Shown in pieces: positions 14,201 through 26,301 of a stretch of 64,000 nt of DNA (position 1 is the first letter of the stretch; each line of letters opens with the position of its first letter). Position numbers and translations under genes: made by a program. The notes beneath the pieces are model-generated. The model did no database searches, was not told the DNA's origin, and saw only the letters and a program-made list of their open reading frames with translations. The stretch is from Macrostomum hystrix (Eukaryota > Animalia > Platyhelminthes): NCBI GenBank assembly GCA_950097015.1, contig CATNEN010000039.1:13826001-13890000 (forward strand), read 5' to 3'.

Positions 14201-15599
14201 ATGATAATTGCAGGAGACCTGCGGGCAATGGCACATCATTTGGTGACACTAGACCCGCGGCCAACGAGGCAATTCTGCCCATTTCGCTGACTCCTGAGCA
14301 CACACGCACACAGGGGTGTGTAAATCTGCCCTGACTTCCTCATCGTCAGGCAGTGTACACTCTCACTGTGCCTTGGAGGTTGGCCCACAAGGGCGTAGTG
14401 ACAAATTACAATCGTCAGTGCTCTGATTTTAGAGTGAGTCTTAGTTAAATATTAACTAAGACCAAATTAGAACAAATAATTTAGCACCTTACCTGTCAGC
14501 AGTAGCTCCACAGCTGCCATCTCGTTCAGATCGAATAGGTCACTAATAATTAGGGCCTCCTCAATGAAGTCGTCTGTGAGGCAGATTTTCTGTTGAATAA
14601 CTCGCACATTGACTGGCTGGCTGGCCGCTTTGCGTACCAACTCGCGATCAGAAGCATTCTTTGGCTGTTGGCAAGGGTTGCAGAAAGACAGCTAGACAGG
14701 CAAGTCAAACAGCTAGACAGGCAAGTCAAACAGCTAGACAGGCAAGTCAAACAGCTAGACAGGCATGTCAAACAGCTAGACAGGCAAGTCAAACAGCTAG
14801 ACAGGCAAGTCAAACAGCTAGACAGGCATGTCAAACAGCTAGACAGGCAAGTCAAACAGCTAGACAGGCAAGTCAAACAGCTAGACAGGCAAGTCAAACA
14901 GCTAGACAGGCATGTCAAACAGCTAGACAGGCATGTCAAACAGCTAGACAGGCAAGTCAAACAGCTAGACAGGCAAGTCAAACAGCTAGACAGGCAAGTC
15001 AAACAGCTAGACAGGCAAGTCAAACAGCTAGACAGGCATGTCAAACAGCTAGACAGGCATGTCAAACAGCTAGACAGGCATGTCAAACAGCTAGACAGGC
15101 AAGTCAAACAGCTAGACAGGCAAGTCAAACAGCTAGACAGGCAAGACAAACAGCTAGACAGGCATGTCAAACAGCTAGACAGGCATGTCAAACAGCTAGA
15201 CAGGCAAGTCAAACAGCTAGACAGGCAAGTCAAACAGCTAGACAGGCAAGTCAAACAGCTAGACAGGCATGTCAAACAGCTAGACAGGCATGTCAAACAG
15301 CTAGACAGGCAAGTCAAACAGCTAGACAGGCAAGTCAAACAGCTAGACAGGCAAGTCAAACAGCTAGACAGGCAAGTCAAACAGCTAGACAGGCAAGTCA
15401 AACAGCTAGACATGCACTTTAAAGGTTTGTCTGTGTCCTAAGTCTTTAAAATACTGACACTTACTGAATTCTTGAGCAGGGCGTGAAACGCAGGCCGATT
15501 CTTCTTTAGCTCGGCGTCAAATTCGTAAGCCCGATCGGCGCGACCGTCGGCTAGAACCGACTGCACCAGACTATTCAAAGACTTCTGCGATGTCCACAT
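2242..15599 (-). CDS. NUP205: Nuclear pore complex protein Nup205, ~15 coding exons (15465-15599, 14493-14664, ~13519-13982, ~12962-13447, ~12054-12711, ~10952-11149, ~10430-10801, ~9621-9956, ~8702-9342, 7400-~8264, ~6701-7086, ~5392-6278, ~4363-4847, ~2723-3279, 2242-2322)
   Basis: Motifs match remembered Nup205: LKKNRPAFHALLKN, FIEEALIISDLFDLNEMAAVELLL, QPSYPDLTRGLVAVLLYYD, SWDHFYASLRMY, EEFPLTRATL, APNLAHFLLGY, LEHLTFAVWSHVDCYL, and C-terminal FMENLLRRLQRMVKIN*. Splice sites and frame were checked at several junctions; internal exon limits are approximate. Confidence 0.93.
2485..2617 (-). mobile_element. tRNA-derived SINE family A, partial copy
   Basis: Similar to the central part of the copies at 8297-8632 and 60078-60417. 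Confidence 0.75.
3505..4322. repeat. Compound minisatellite (33-bp unit switching to a 31-bp derivative at ~3990) in a Nup205 intron
   Basis: CAGTCTACCCAATCTGTCTACTTCTCCATCATG followed by CAGTCTACCTAATCTGTCTACTTCTCCATGA. Confidence 0.95.
4965..5281 (+). mobile_element. tRNA-derived SINE family A, diverged copy
   Basis: B-box-like GCTCGATTCC and the shared body CCAAGGCACAGTGAGAGTGCACACTGCCTGA...GCTCAGGAGTCAGCGAAATGGGC. Confidence 0.8.
6311..6382 (+). pseudogene. Degenerate tRNA-like sequence or SINE head
   Basis: A-box-like TAGTGGTAAGCGC and B-box GAGTTCGAATCC at tRNA spacing; the acceptor stem is poor. Confidence 0.4.
8297..8632 (+). mobile_element. tRNA-derived SINE family A, near full-length copy
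   Basis: 5' GGGGGTGAG head, B-box GAGTTCGATTCC, conserved body and an (ATT)n-like tail. Confidence 0.85.
10100..10380. repeat. Dispersed repeat family (second copy at ~54400-54665)
   Basis: Shared core ACCTGTTGTAGCCCTTGAAGGTCCAGCAGT...CTAGATAAAGGTAGGTGAC...GGAGATGATGCAGGCACATTCGGGTGACA. Confidence 0.85.
11210..11388 (-). mobile_element. tRNA-derived SINE family B
   Basis: The minus strand begins GGCTTGTAGCCAAGTGGTT (A box)...GGTTCGATTCC (B box). Its 3' motif CCAGTCCATGGACTGAACAGCYGTAC recurs at ~4900, ~11405 and ~62975. Confidence 0.75.
11602..12022. mobile_element. Non-autonomous DNA transposon, CMC/EnSpm-like MITE
   Basis: Termini CCCTGTAAAAA ... TTTTTTAGCGGG with TA on both sides, and internal inverted subrepeats (TTCGGCGGTTT / AAACCGCCGAA). 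Confidence 0.55.
14195..14400 (-). mobile_element. tRNA-derived SINE family A, 3' half
   Basis: Near-identical to 60100-60290. Confidence 0.8.
14689..15412. repeat. Minisatellite, 21-bp unit CAGCTAGACAGGCA(A/T)GTCAAA, filling the first coding intron of Nup205
   Basis: Homogeneous tandem array. Confidence 0.97.
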
Positions 15600-15749
15600 T
15601 TGGTTCGATAGTTTTTTGCGTACTTCTGGTGTAGCTGCAAAGGTAACAGACAATAGGTATTCAAGCAAGGCAATTTTCGAAATCAACAATTTTAAGGCCA
15701 CATCTTTTAGGCGCCTGAAAAGGAAATAGTAGGACAGGAGAGGGGTCGT

Positions 15750-16023
15750 AGTGACAGGTATGGAGGCAGAGTGACAGGTGAGGAGGCAGAGTGACAGCTG
15801 AGGAGGCAGAGTGACAGGTGAGGAGGCAGAGTGACAGCTGAGGAGGCAGAGTGACAGGTGATGAGGCAGAGTGACAGTTAAGGAGGCAGAGTGACAGGTG
15901 AGGAGGCAGAGTGACAGGTGAGGAGGCAGAGTGACAGCTGAGGAGGCAGAGTGACAGCTGAGGAGGCAGAGTGACAGCTGAGGAGGCAGAGTGACAGCTG
16001 AGGAGGCAGAGTGACAGCTGAGG
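15750..16023. repeat. Minisatellite, 20-bp unit GTGACAG(C/G)TGAGGAGGCAGA
   Basis: Tandem copies. Confidence 0.95.
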
Positions 16024-16589
16024 ATATTGAGCTTGTTTCTTGAGTACAATAAATTAGAATATGTTAAAAAACGGCAGATAATAATGCCATCAAATCTCAA
16101 CCGAATAACTGAAAACGGTTGCTACTGGCGCATTTTGCATCAAGCTTATTAACGGATATATTTTTCTATCTCTTTTTAACCTCTAACAGGAATAAGTATA
16201 ACAGCGAGATTGGTTAACATAAAAAACACTTTGCACTAACGAAAATAATTTATTTACACTTAATATTTGCGCATTGACCAACTAAAAAGACTTATAAAAT
16301 ATTGAACAGGTAACTAATAACAAAGATTATCAATCAGTTACCAGATACAGTAACAAATTTATTTTCAAAAAAAACTTTATAAAATGATATGACATTTAGC
16401 ATTTTGATCGATTTAAAATCACAACGTTTGCTGATATTTTACAATTCAGTTCAACTGTTTATTTGTAAGATATAAGCTTGAATGACAAACTATAAAACTA
16501 ATTTAGTGCAAATTGACACCAATTCCTGTTGTAAAGATTAATATATTACATGTATAGAAATAACTATAAACACTGTACATCGATTAATT

Positions 16590-17460
16590 ATCACACACAA
16601 CAGTCCATAGATTAATTATCCCACAGTACAGTCCATAGATTAATTATCCCACAGTACAGTCCATAGATGAATTATGACACAGTACAGTCCATAGATTAAT
16701 TATCCCACAGTACAGTCCATAGATTAATTATCCTACAGTACAGTCCATAGATTAATTATCCCACAGTACTGTCCATAGATTAATTATCACACCGTAAAGT
16801 CCATAGATTAATTATCACACCGTAAAGTCCATAGATTAATTATCCCACAGTACTGTCCATAGATTAATTATCCCACAGTACTGTCCAAAGATTAATTATC
16901 ACACAGTACAGTCCATAGATTAATTATCACACAGTACAGTCCATAGATTAATTATCCCACAGTACAGTCCATAGATTAATTATCCCACAGTACTGTCCAT
17001 AGATTAATTATCACACAGTACAGTCCATAGATTAATTATCCCTGAGTACACTTAATAGACTAATTATCCCAGAGTACACTTAATAGACTAATTATCCAAG
17101 AGTACACTCAATAGACTAATTATCCCAGAGTACACTTAATAGACTAATTATCACAGAGTACACTTAATAGACTAATTATCCCAGAGTACACTTAATAGAC
17201 TAATTATCCCAGAGTACACTTAATAGACTAATTATCCCGGAGTACACTTAATAGACTAATTATCCCAGAGTACACTTAATAGACTAATTATCCAAGAGTA
17301 CACTCAATAGACTAATTATCCCAGAGTACACTTAATAGACTAATTATCCAAGAGTATACTTAATAGACGAATTATCCCAGAGTACACTCAATAGACTAAT
17401 TATCCCAGAGTAAACTTAATAGACTAATTATCCAAGAGTACAGTCTTTAGACTAATTATA
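16590..17460. repeat. Two-domain 28-bp minisatellite
   Basis: CAGTCCATAGATTAATTATCCCACAGTA switching at ~17040 to CACTTAATAGACTAATTATCCCAGAGTA. Confidence 0.95.
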
Positions 17461-18015
17461 CTATCTGTGGATAAAGAACTCATGATCCATTTGCAACAGG
17501 AATTGGGCTTGGCTATTGGACAGATGAAACTGTCCAAGAATAATGAAACTAATGAATAAGTAAACAATAGGAAATTAAAAAACCACTTAAACAGCAGAAC
17601 ACGTGAAAATATTAATGCTAAAGTACAATGTTGTCTCTGTAATAGTGAAAGGCAAAAGAAAAAAGTTAGTAATTTAACTAACACCCAAAAAACATCTAAA
17701 TAAATAAATCTAAATAAAATCCCAATTATTTAACAAAAACCTGTGAAACAATCTTTTTTACCTCTTACCAGAACTAACACTAAGCTAAATTCATGTAAAA
17801 GTAATACATTCTCTGCATAAACGCATGACAAAAAATTCATAGTATATGTTTTTTATCTGCTTTTATGTTTATCAATTTGTCATCGTACACTACACTGCAA
17901 TCACAATATACAAAACTACATAACTATCATATACTTACACAGCAGTGGAATGAACACAAAACAAATTTGACAGCCTTTCGATTGGACATCTAGAAAAAAA
18001 CGACGAGAAAAACAT

Positions 18016-19991
18016 GACTGTGGGGGAACTGAAGGTCTAAAACAGCCAAGACTGAGGGGGAACTGAAGGTCTAAAACAGTCTAGACTGAGGGGGAACTGA
18101 AGGTCTAAAACAGTCTAGACTGAGGGGGAACTGAAGGTCTAGGTCTAAAACAGTACAGACTGAGGGGGAACTGAAGGTCTAAAACAGCCAAGACTGAGGG
18201 GGAACTGAAGGTCTAAAACAGTCTAGACTGAGGGGGAACTGAAGGTCTAGGTCTAAAACAGTACAGACTGAGGGGGAACTGAAGGTCTAAAACAGCCTAG
18301 ACTGAGGGGGAACTGAAGGTCTAAAACAGTCTAGACTGAGGGGAAACTGAAGGTCTAAAACAGTCTAGACTGAGGGGGAACTGAAGGTCTAGGTCTAAAA
18401 CAGTACAGACTGAGGGGGAACTGAAGGTCTAAAACAGCCTAGACTGAGGGGGAACTGAAGGTCTAAAACAGTCTAGACTGAGGGGGAACTGAAGGTCTAG
18501 GTCTAAAACAGTACAGACTGAGGGGGAACTGAAGGTCTAAAACAGCCTAGACTGAGGGGGAACTGAAGGTCTAAAACAGTCTAGACTGAGGGGAAACTGA
18601 AGGTCTAAAACAGTCTAGACTGAGGGGGAACTGAAGGTCTAGGTCTAAAACAGTACAGACTGAGGGGGAACTGAAGGTCTAAAACAGCCTAGACTGAGGG
18701 GGAACTGAAGGTCTAAAACAGTCTAGACTGAGGGGAAACTGAAGGTCTAAAACAGCCTAGACTGAGGGGGAACTGAAGGTCTAAAACAGTCTAGACAGAG
18801 GGGGAACTGAAGGTCTAAAAAACAGTCTAGACTGAGGGGAAACTGAAGGTCTAAAACAGTCTAGACAGAGGGGGAACTGAAGGTCTAAAACAGTACAGAC
18901 TGAGGGGGAACTGAAGGTCTAGGTCTAAAACAGTACAGACTGAGGGGGAACTGAAGGTCTAGGTCTAAAACAGTACAGACTGAGGGGGAACTGAAGGTCT
19001 AAAACAGGCTAGACTGAGGGGGAACTGAAGGTCTAAAAACAGCCTAGACTGAGGGGGAACTGAAGGTCTAAAAACAGCCTAGACTGAGGGGGAACTGAAG
19101 GTCTAAAACAGCCTAGACTGAGGGGAAACTGAAGGTCTAAAACTGTCTAGACTGAGGGGGAACTGAAGGTCTAAAAACAGTCTAGACTGAGGGGAAACTG
19201 AAGGTCTAAAACAGTACAGACTGAGGGGGAACTGAAGGTCTAAAACAGTCTAGACAGAGGGGGAACTGAAGGTCTAAAAAACAGTCTAGACTGAGGGGGA
19301 ACTGAAGGTCTAGGTCTAAAACAGTACAGACTGAGGGGGAACTGAAGGTCTAAAACAGTCTAGACTGAGGGGGGACTGAAAGTCTAAAACAGCCTAGACT
19401 GAGGGGGAACTGAAGGTCTAAAAACAGTCTAGACTGAGGGGAAACTGAAGGTCTAAAACAGCCTAGACTGAGGGGGAACTGAAGGTCTAAAACAGTCTAG
19501 ACAGAGGGGGAACTGAAGGTCTAAAAAACAGTCTAGACTGAGGGGAAACTGAAGGTCTAAAACAGTCTAGACTGAGGGGGAACTGAAGGTCTAAAACAGC
19601 CTAGACTGAGGGGGAACTGAAGGTCTAAAACAGTCTAGACTGACGGGGAACTGAAGGTCTAAAACAGTCTAGACTGAGGGGGAACTGAAGGTCTAAAACA
19701 GTCTAGACTGAGGGGGAACTGAAGGTCTAGGTCTAAAACAGTACAGACTGAGGGGGAACTGAAGGTCTAAAACAGTCTAGACTGAGGGGGAACTGAAGGT
19801 CTAAAAACAGTCTAGACTGAGGGGAAACTGAAGGTCTAAAAACAGTCTAGACTGAGGGGAAACTGAAGGTCTAAAACAGCCTAGACTGAGGGGGAACTGA
19901 AGGTCTAAAACAGTACAGACTGAGGGGGAACTGAAGGTCTAAAACAGTACAGACTGAGGGGGAACTGAAGGTCTAAAACAGTACAGACTGA
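18016..19991. repeat. Minisatellite, 34-bp unit (40-bp variants) GACTGAGGGGGAACTGAAGGTCTAAAACAGTCTA, starting immediately after the transporter stop codon
   Basis: Tandem copies. Confidence 0.97.
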
Positions 19992-19998
19992 GTTTAAT

Positions 19999-22900
19999 TT
20001 ACAAAGATCTCAAACTGCTGCGAGTGCCGATAAAGTGCAACTCGAGATCCTCCAACGATTTGCCTTTAGTTTCGGGTACGAAGCGCCAGACAAAGTACAT
20101 ACCGGCCAGGCACATAGCAGAGAATACAAAGAAGATCAAACCAGTGCCCAGATAGAGCTGCAACACCGGAAAAGTCTCGGTGATGACAAAGCTAAATAGC
20201 CAGCTGCTACAAATTGCTAAGCCGCTAGCCAAGCTGCGAGCTCTTGTTGGAAAAATTTCTGCCGTAACTAGCATCGGTATTGGACCCCAGCCGAGGCTGA
20301 AACCAACAATAAATAGAGCCAGAGAAACAACAGCTACGTATCCGCGGCTGGAGTTGGCGGCGAAGAATGCGCCAAGCGTTAGCTGGGCCAGCATCATGAT
20401 GAGGCTAGCTAATAGTAGTAGCTGACGGCGACCAAATTTATCCATTAGACAGGTGCTTAGGATGGTGAAGGCTACCTGGATGGAGGAATTCAGGTGTAGA
20501 ATAACAAAATGCTATATTATAATTGTGTTTTCGACTTTAGATTACCGTGAAGCAAATTCAGAAACTGTGAATCGAATCAAGAAATTGTGAATCGAATCCA
20601 GACACTGTGAATCGAATTCAGACACTGTGAATCGAATTCAGAAACTACAGAAGATTCACACGAATTTCAATCTCAGATCTGTGAATGATTTGCTATTGAT
20701 AGTGAATCTCAGATCTGTGAATGATTGCTATGGATAGTGAATCTCAGATCTGTGAATGATTGCTATGGATAGTGAATCTCAGATCTGTGAATGATTGCTA
20801 TGGATAGTGAATCTCAGATCTGTGAATGATTGCTATGGATAGTGAATCTCAGATCTGTGAATGATTGCTATGGATAGTGAATCTCAGATCTGTGAATGAT
20901 TGCTATGGATAGTGAATCTCAGATCTGTGAATGATTGCTATGAATAGTGAATCTCAGATCTGTGAATGATTGCTATGGATAGTGAATCTCAGATCTGTGA
21001 ATGATTGCTATGAATAGTGAATCTCAGATCTGTGAATGATTGCTATGGATAGTGAATCTCAGATCTGTGAATGATTGCTATTGATAGTGAATCTCAGATC
21101 TGTGAATGATTGCTATGGATAGTGAATCTCAGATCTGTGAATGATTGCTATGGATAGTGAATCTCACATCTGTGAATGATTCCAATGGATAGTGAATCTC
21201 AGATCTGTGAATGATTGCTATGAATAGTGAATCTGAGATCTGTGAATGATTGCTATGAATAGTGAATCTGAGATCTGTGAATGATTGCTATGGATAGTGA
21301 ATCTCAGATCTGTGAATGATTGCTATGAATAGTGAATCTGAGATCTGTGAATGATTCCTATGGATAGTGAATCTCATATCTGTGAATGATTCCTATGGAT
21401 AGTGAATCTCACATCTTTGAATGATTGCTATGGATAGTGAATCTCAGATCTGTGAATGATTGCTATGGATAGTGAATCTCACATCTGAAAATCACTCACC
21501 TGAGTAGCCCCAATGAGACAGGCGCCGAGAGCAGGCGACGAAACCGCCCCAGTTCGGCTAAGAATGTCCTGCGCGTAGAACATGATTACATTGATACCGG
21601 AAAGTTGCTGCAGACCCATTAGGCCCAGGGCTACAATCAGAGGCCTGCTAAACTCTGGCCTAGTGTACAGCTCACGCAGGGTGACATCGGCTGCGGCAGC
21701 CGCTGCAGTTGTTTCGGCCCTCCTAGCCGAATCAATCGGATCCGACGACGAAGACAATGACGCCGAAGCTTCCGCTGATTGGTCAGCTAGCAAATCAGCT
21801 GACGAACCGACGCCGCCGACGTTTGTCGGCGCTGTCATAGGCAGCAAGGCATCGTCGGTGCAAGCGGCAGATATGTCACGCAGCTCGTCCTTGGCAAATT
21901 AATTATAAAATGATTTTAATATCAATATGTAAACAAAAAACTGACCTCCGATCAAGCCCGACAAGCAAAACAAATTCACCATTTTAACAAATGAGTCACA
22001 GCCTGACTGAACTGAGTCACAGTCTGACTGAACCGAGTCACAATCTGACTAAACTGACTCACATTCTGACTGACCTGAGTCACAATATGACTGAACTGAG
22101 TCTCAGCCTGACTGAACTGAGTCACAGCCTGACTGAACTGAGTCACATTCTGACTGAACTGAGTCACATTCTGACTGAACTGAGTCACATTCTGACTGAA
22201 TTGAGTCACAATCTGACTAAACTGACTCACATTCTGACAGAACTGAGTCACATTCTGACTGAACTGAGTCACAATCTGACTGAACTGACTCACATTCTGA
22301 CAGAACTGAGTCACAGCCTGACAGAACTGAGTCACAGCCTGACAGAACTGAGTCACAGCCTGACAGAACTGAGTCACAGCCTGACAGAACTGAGTCACAT
22401 TCTGACTGAACTGAGTCACAATCTGACTGAACTGAGTCACCGCCTGAGTAAAACAGTGACTCAGAATCCAATGAGATTCTGACTGAACTGAGTCACAATC
22501 TGACTGAACTGAGTCACCGCCTGAGTAAACTAAACTAATTTGTGATATAACTGATTAAGTAACTCTTGAAATTCCTGTCCATAGCAAGATTCTCCACTAG
22601 AGTTATTATGCCTAAGCCAAAGTAGAACAATTGTGACTATATTTACTTGAACATCGTAGTGCGACGGTCGCAGGTAAGCCAAAACCTTGGCGGCAGTCTG
22701 GGTGTCTCTGCGCTGCATCAGGTACCGCGGCGATTCAGGAAACGAAGGCAGGCCGGTGCAAAGAGCTAGGCCAGCGGCCAGACAGCAGCCAAGCCAGGCG
22801 AGAGCCGAATACGACCAGAATGCGCCAGCTAGATAAGATAGAAATATGCCAATAGTGATGCCAAGCTGATTGAACGCGCCAAGTACGCCGCGGAAACTAG

Positions 22901-23431
22901 TTGGCGAAATCTCAACCAGGTAGATGCTGGTAGCTGCAGCATTAAGGCCGCAGGTAAGGCCAGTTAGTACTCGGCCTAGCAACAGGGTGTACACGGAGCC
23001 CATTGATAAGCCAATCAGAATGTAACCAACTAGAGCGGGTAGGACGCTAACAAACAGACACCAACGCCGGCCCAGACGATCGAGTAATCCGCCAACGAAT
23101 ACGCTGCCTACAATGCCACCGATATTCATTAGAGATGCGAACAGAGCCTCCTGAGAGGGTGTGCGAATGGCGCCCTGGCGCTTCAAATCTGGCAGAGCTG
23201 GCGATGAGTAGCCAATCACGTGACCTGTGAGTAAGAGGAAATGGGTGGTAGAAATTATCGACTTAAAATGTCAAAAGGATGAAAAACTAAAAGACAACTT
23301 CGCTACCTACCAACTACAAGTGGTCCAAGGCAGACTTGAAAGGCCAAAAATGAGAAGCGACACAGATAGCCAACATCGTATTTAGTTTTCACTCGAATAC
23401 TCTTGCCTAGTGAAATTTTACTTATCTTCAT
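19999..23431 (-). CDS. MFS sugar porter, GLUT8/GLUT6/Tret1-like; exons 23311-23431, ~22648-23224, ~21500-21890, 19999-~20476
   Basis: LGPLVVGHVIGYSSPAL, DRLGRR, YLVEISPTSFRGVLG, PESPRYL, QQLSGINVIMFYA, DKFGRR, GWGPIP and VPETKGKSLE are sugar-porter signatures. Confidence 0.93.
20560..21487. repeat. Short 20-bp array followed by a 35-bp minisatellite ATCTCAGATCTGTGAATGATTGCTATGGATAGTGA
   Basis: Tandem copies in a transporter intron. Confidence 0.95.
21993..22527. repeat. Minisatellite, 21-bp unit GAGTCACATTCTGACTGAACT
   Basis: Tandem copies in a transporter intron. Confidence 0.95.
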
Positions 23432-24618
23432 TTTTCTTATTAGCTTGAGTTAGCTTGAAATCGAATACTGGAATATAAAATTTTACGAGTGCAAAAAAGT
23501 TATAAAAACTTGATTCTTTGTAATAATAAATAAATAAATTAACATAACTCAACAATCACAACAGGAGCATAGCAGGGGTCCAGGGCAGGCTCAGGGGTCT
23601 AATTTTATCATATAGTCCATTATGTTGATTGAGAATGCTATGTAAATTATATTTATTTATTCATTACTATAGATTAGTTATCTATAGTCTTCAGCTAAGG
23701 GACCTAAAAATTTGCATACACATCATTGATTTTTTAAATATAGTTTCATACATTCTTGCATTTAGCTAATCAAGGAAATGTCAAGCAAAAATGCTATATA
23801 TCTATTGTTATAAATTATGTACTTTTAACTGCAGCCATTATTGTTGAAATTTAAAACTAGCATGGATTATAAAAATATTGGATTTAGGACATCAAATAGC
23901 ATTTCATAGGCCTCCAGGGAGCCAGATTTCAATCTCAATAAGTTATATTAAGTTAAAACACAAAACTGAGTTATAAAAGGCCAAAATTGATAAAAAATTA
24001 TTAACATAACATAATTTTAGTTTTAAAAAATTAGTTCATGATTGGATTATTCTAATTTATATAGCTAATTTCTTCTGCAAAACTATAATTCTTTTAAAAG
24101 TAATAGCATAGAAACCTCACAATAATAATGTGGCATGACAATCTAATCTTGATCTAGCTAATATTTCATGTAGCTCAGCTTTAATGTGATTATCATAGTA
24201 GATAAGCAGCTTTAGTCTCACAGAATAAGGTGTAATGATAATAGATCAAAGCAGCTTAGCAAAAATCATATCATGTTTGTTGATAGGCCAAGAATATTGG
24301 TAATTAGCAATAAACTTTATCTAATATATATATATCTTGCAGTTAAGTAAGAATCTAATACATTTTAGTGACAATCTAATATATTTGAGTATTAATTGCA
24401 TTGTTTAGCAATAATATAAACAATACTTTAGCAAGAATGTTTTGTACATTGACTTTAACAAGTATATTCTACAGTTTAGTAGGAATGATATAGCTACAGT
24501 AGGCCTAGCCAATGTAATTCTAAACAAGAAAACAAAATATTTGATTAAAAAAAGTAAACAGTAAAATGTAAATTAATATTAATTGAAAGCAAAACTTGAC
24601 TTAAATTGTTATGTCACC

Positions 24619-25296
24619 CTGGTTTTTTTGTCCATAAGTAGGGTACTTAATAGGGTAGTACTTAGTAGGGTATTTTAAAGACCAAGATGCTATTCGCACC
24701 CATTTGCACAAAAAACCCAGCATCAGGTTCTGCTTACCTAACTTTAATTGACAGTTGACAAGTCCTTAAATTACATCAATTAAGGATTCAAAAAAATTAC
24801 TGGCTAATTCTAAGAATATGAAGTTACAGACTTAAGACATCTGCATAGTTCTACTTTACTTCGTTATATTATTCTGCCTTTTGTTAAACTATTTTACCCC
24901 ATTTAATTTTATCCGCGTGTCACAGAGTGCTGTGCCCGACATTGGTGGCAAGCCCAGGCATACCTGTTGACAAACATATTTCTCTGCTGTCTGTGTTGCA
25001 GACGCATGTCTTCGTCACATCAAGTGCATCTTGCCTGGTTGGAAATCCTGGTGGTGAAGTCATCCCAACTGGCTTCCACCATCTTGCAAAATCCGAAGTT
25101 TCTTTTAGTATAGTTTAAAAGCTTGGCAATGTTAACAATGTTATTTGCATGGCTCTTTTGGACAGAGCCATCTCCAATACCTCTGAGATATTGGACAGAT
25201 TATCATCTGGATGACAAAGTTGTAAGATGACAAAGTGTCTAGGTACTGTTTTTAGGACCAGGATGCTTTTTGTACCCATATGCACAAAAAACCCAG
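24619..25296 (-). mobile_element. Merlin/IS1595-like DNA transposon deletion derivative
   Basis: 8-bp TSD ATGTCACC (24611-24618, 25297-25304) and imperfect TIRs CTGG(T/G)TTTTTTGT(C/G)CATA. The minus-strand relic RCT*CDEDMRL...YAWACHQCRAQHSVTRG (~24911-25030) resembles the IS1595/Merlin N-terminal zinc ribbon. Confidence 0.7.
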
Positions 25297-25387
25297 ATGT
25301 CACCCCAGGATTTACAGATCACCATGCTATACTGTCTAGTGTCTATGCCACCTAATCAATGATTAAAAATAGGGCCTATGCCATGAC

Positions 25388-25669
25388 CATACATGCGCAA
25401 CCTCCCAAATCTTAGCCAGCCATGTGACTTAGTTTTTGCATCTATTTATGACTTAGTTTGCTCTCATTTGCAACTTAGTTTGTTTCATTGCTCTCATTTG
25501 CTCTCTTTTTCTCTCCCTTTTTTTCCTTTTCCTTATGCCTTCCTTTTTTGTCCCTTGGTCCTCCCTTTGACTTTTTGTGCTTGGTTGATTGGTTTTTGCG
25601 ACTTACCTTGCTTGGCCCTCATTTCACCCGGCCGGTTCGGCCAGGTTGGCCGGGTGTTGCGCATGTATG
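25388..25669 (+). mobile_element. hAT-like MITE, copy 1
   Basis: 14-bp TIR CATACATGCGCAAC/GTTGCGCATGTATG and 8-bp TSD GCCATGAC (25380-25387, 25670-25677). Confidence 0.9.
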
Positions 25670-25859
25670 GCCATGACACACCATCCAACAATCCACGGCC
25701 ACTTAAGGACTTGCCACAGCACACTTTCCACAGAAGCTAAATACTTATTATAATAGGGGCTATAACATAAACTACTATGACTAGTGTCTGGTGCTATAAT
25801 GCCAATGAAAGTATAATAGGATATTAATATTTTAGGCCTAGGGCCTAATAATTTAAAGG

Positions 25860-26301
25860 TAGTTGTTATTTGTCCGGTTAACCAGACAAATAGCCATTTG
25901 GTTATTCGTCCGGTTAACCGGTTAACCAACCAAGGACTTAATTTCTCCCCTTTCAATGAGCAGGAGCAATGATCCTCCCAAAGACCACTTTTGCCCTGCT
26001 AATAGCCATCTTGAGTCTTGACCTCACAAAGACCAAACTATACCCTTGAACTAAGTTAGTCCCTGAAACAACCAAATTTCTGGAAAAGGTTTTAATTTTT
26101 TTAATTAGCTGATATGCGAAAATAATTTGAGACACAAACTTCAAATCTGAATGACTGTCCTTTTGCAGCTTGTTAATTATTTTATCTTACAAATGATAGA
26201 GGTTCTCGTGGTAGCGCTAGGCCTACAACCCCTACAACCTCGGTTAACCGGACGAATAACCAAATGGCTATTTGTCCGGTTAACCGGACAAACAACAACT
26301 A
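25860..26301. mobile_element. MITE with ~60-bp TIRs (TAGTTGTT...GTCCGGTTAACC repeats)
   Basis: Long inverted terminal repeats; no clean TSD seen. Confidence 0.7.

Noticed and set aside
14550-15441. Coiled-coil-like (QLDRQVK)n and Cys-rich ORFs
   Set aside because: Translations of the 21-bp intronic array. The same applies to ORFs over the arrays at 22 kb, 35 kb, 44-45 kb and 50-59 kb.
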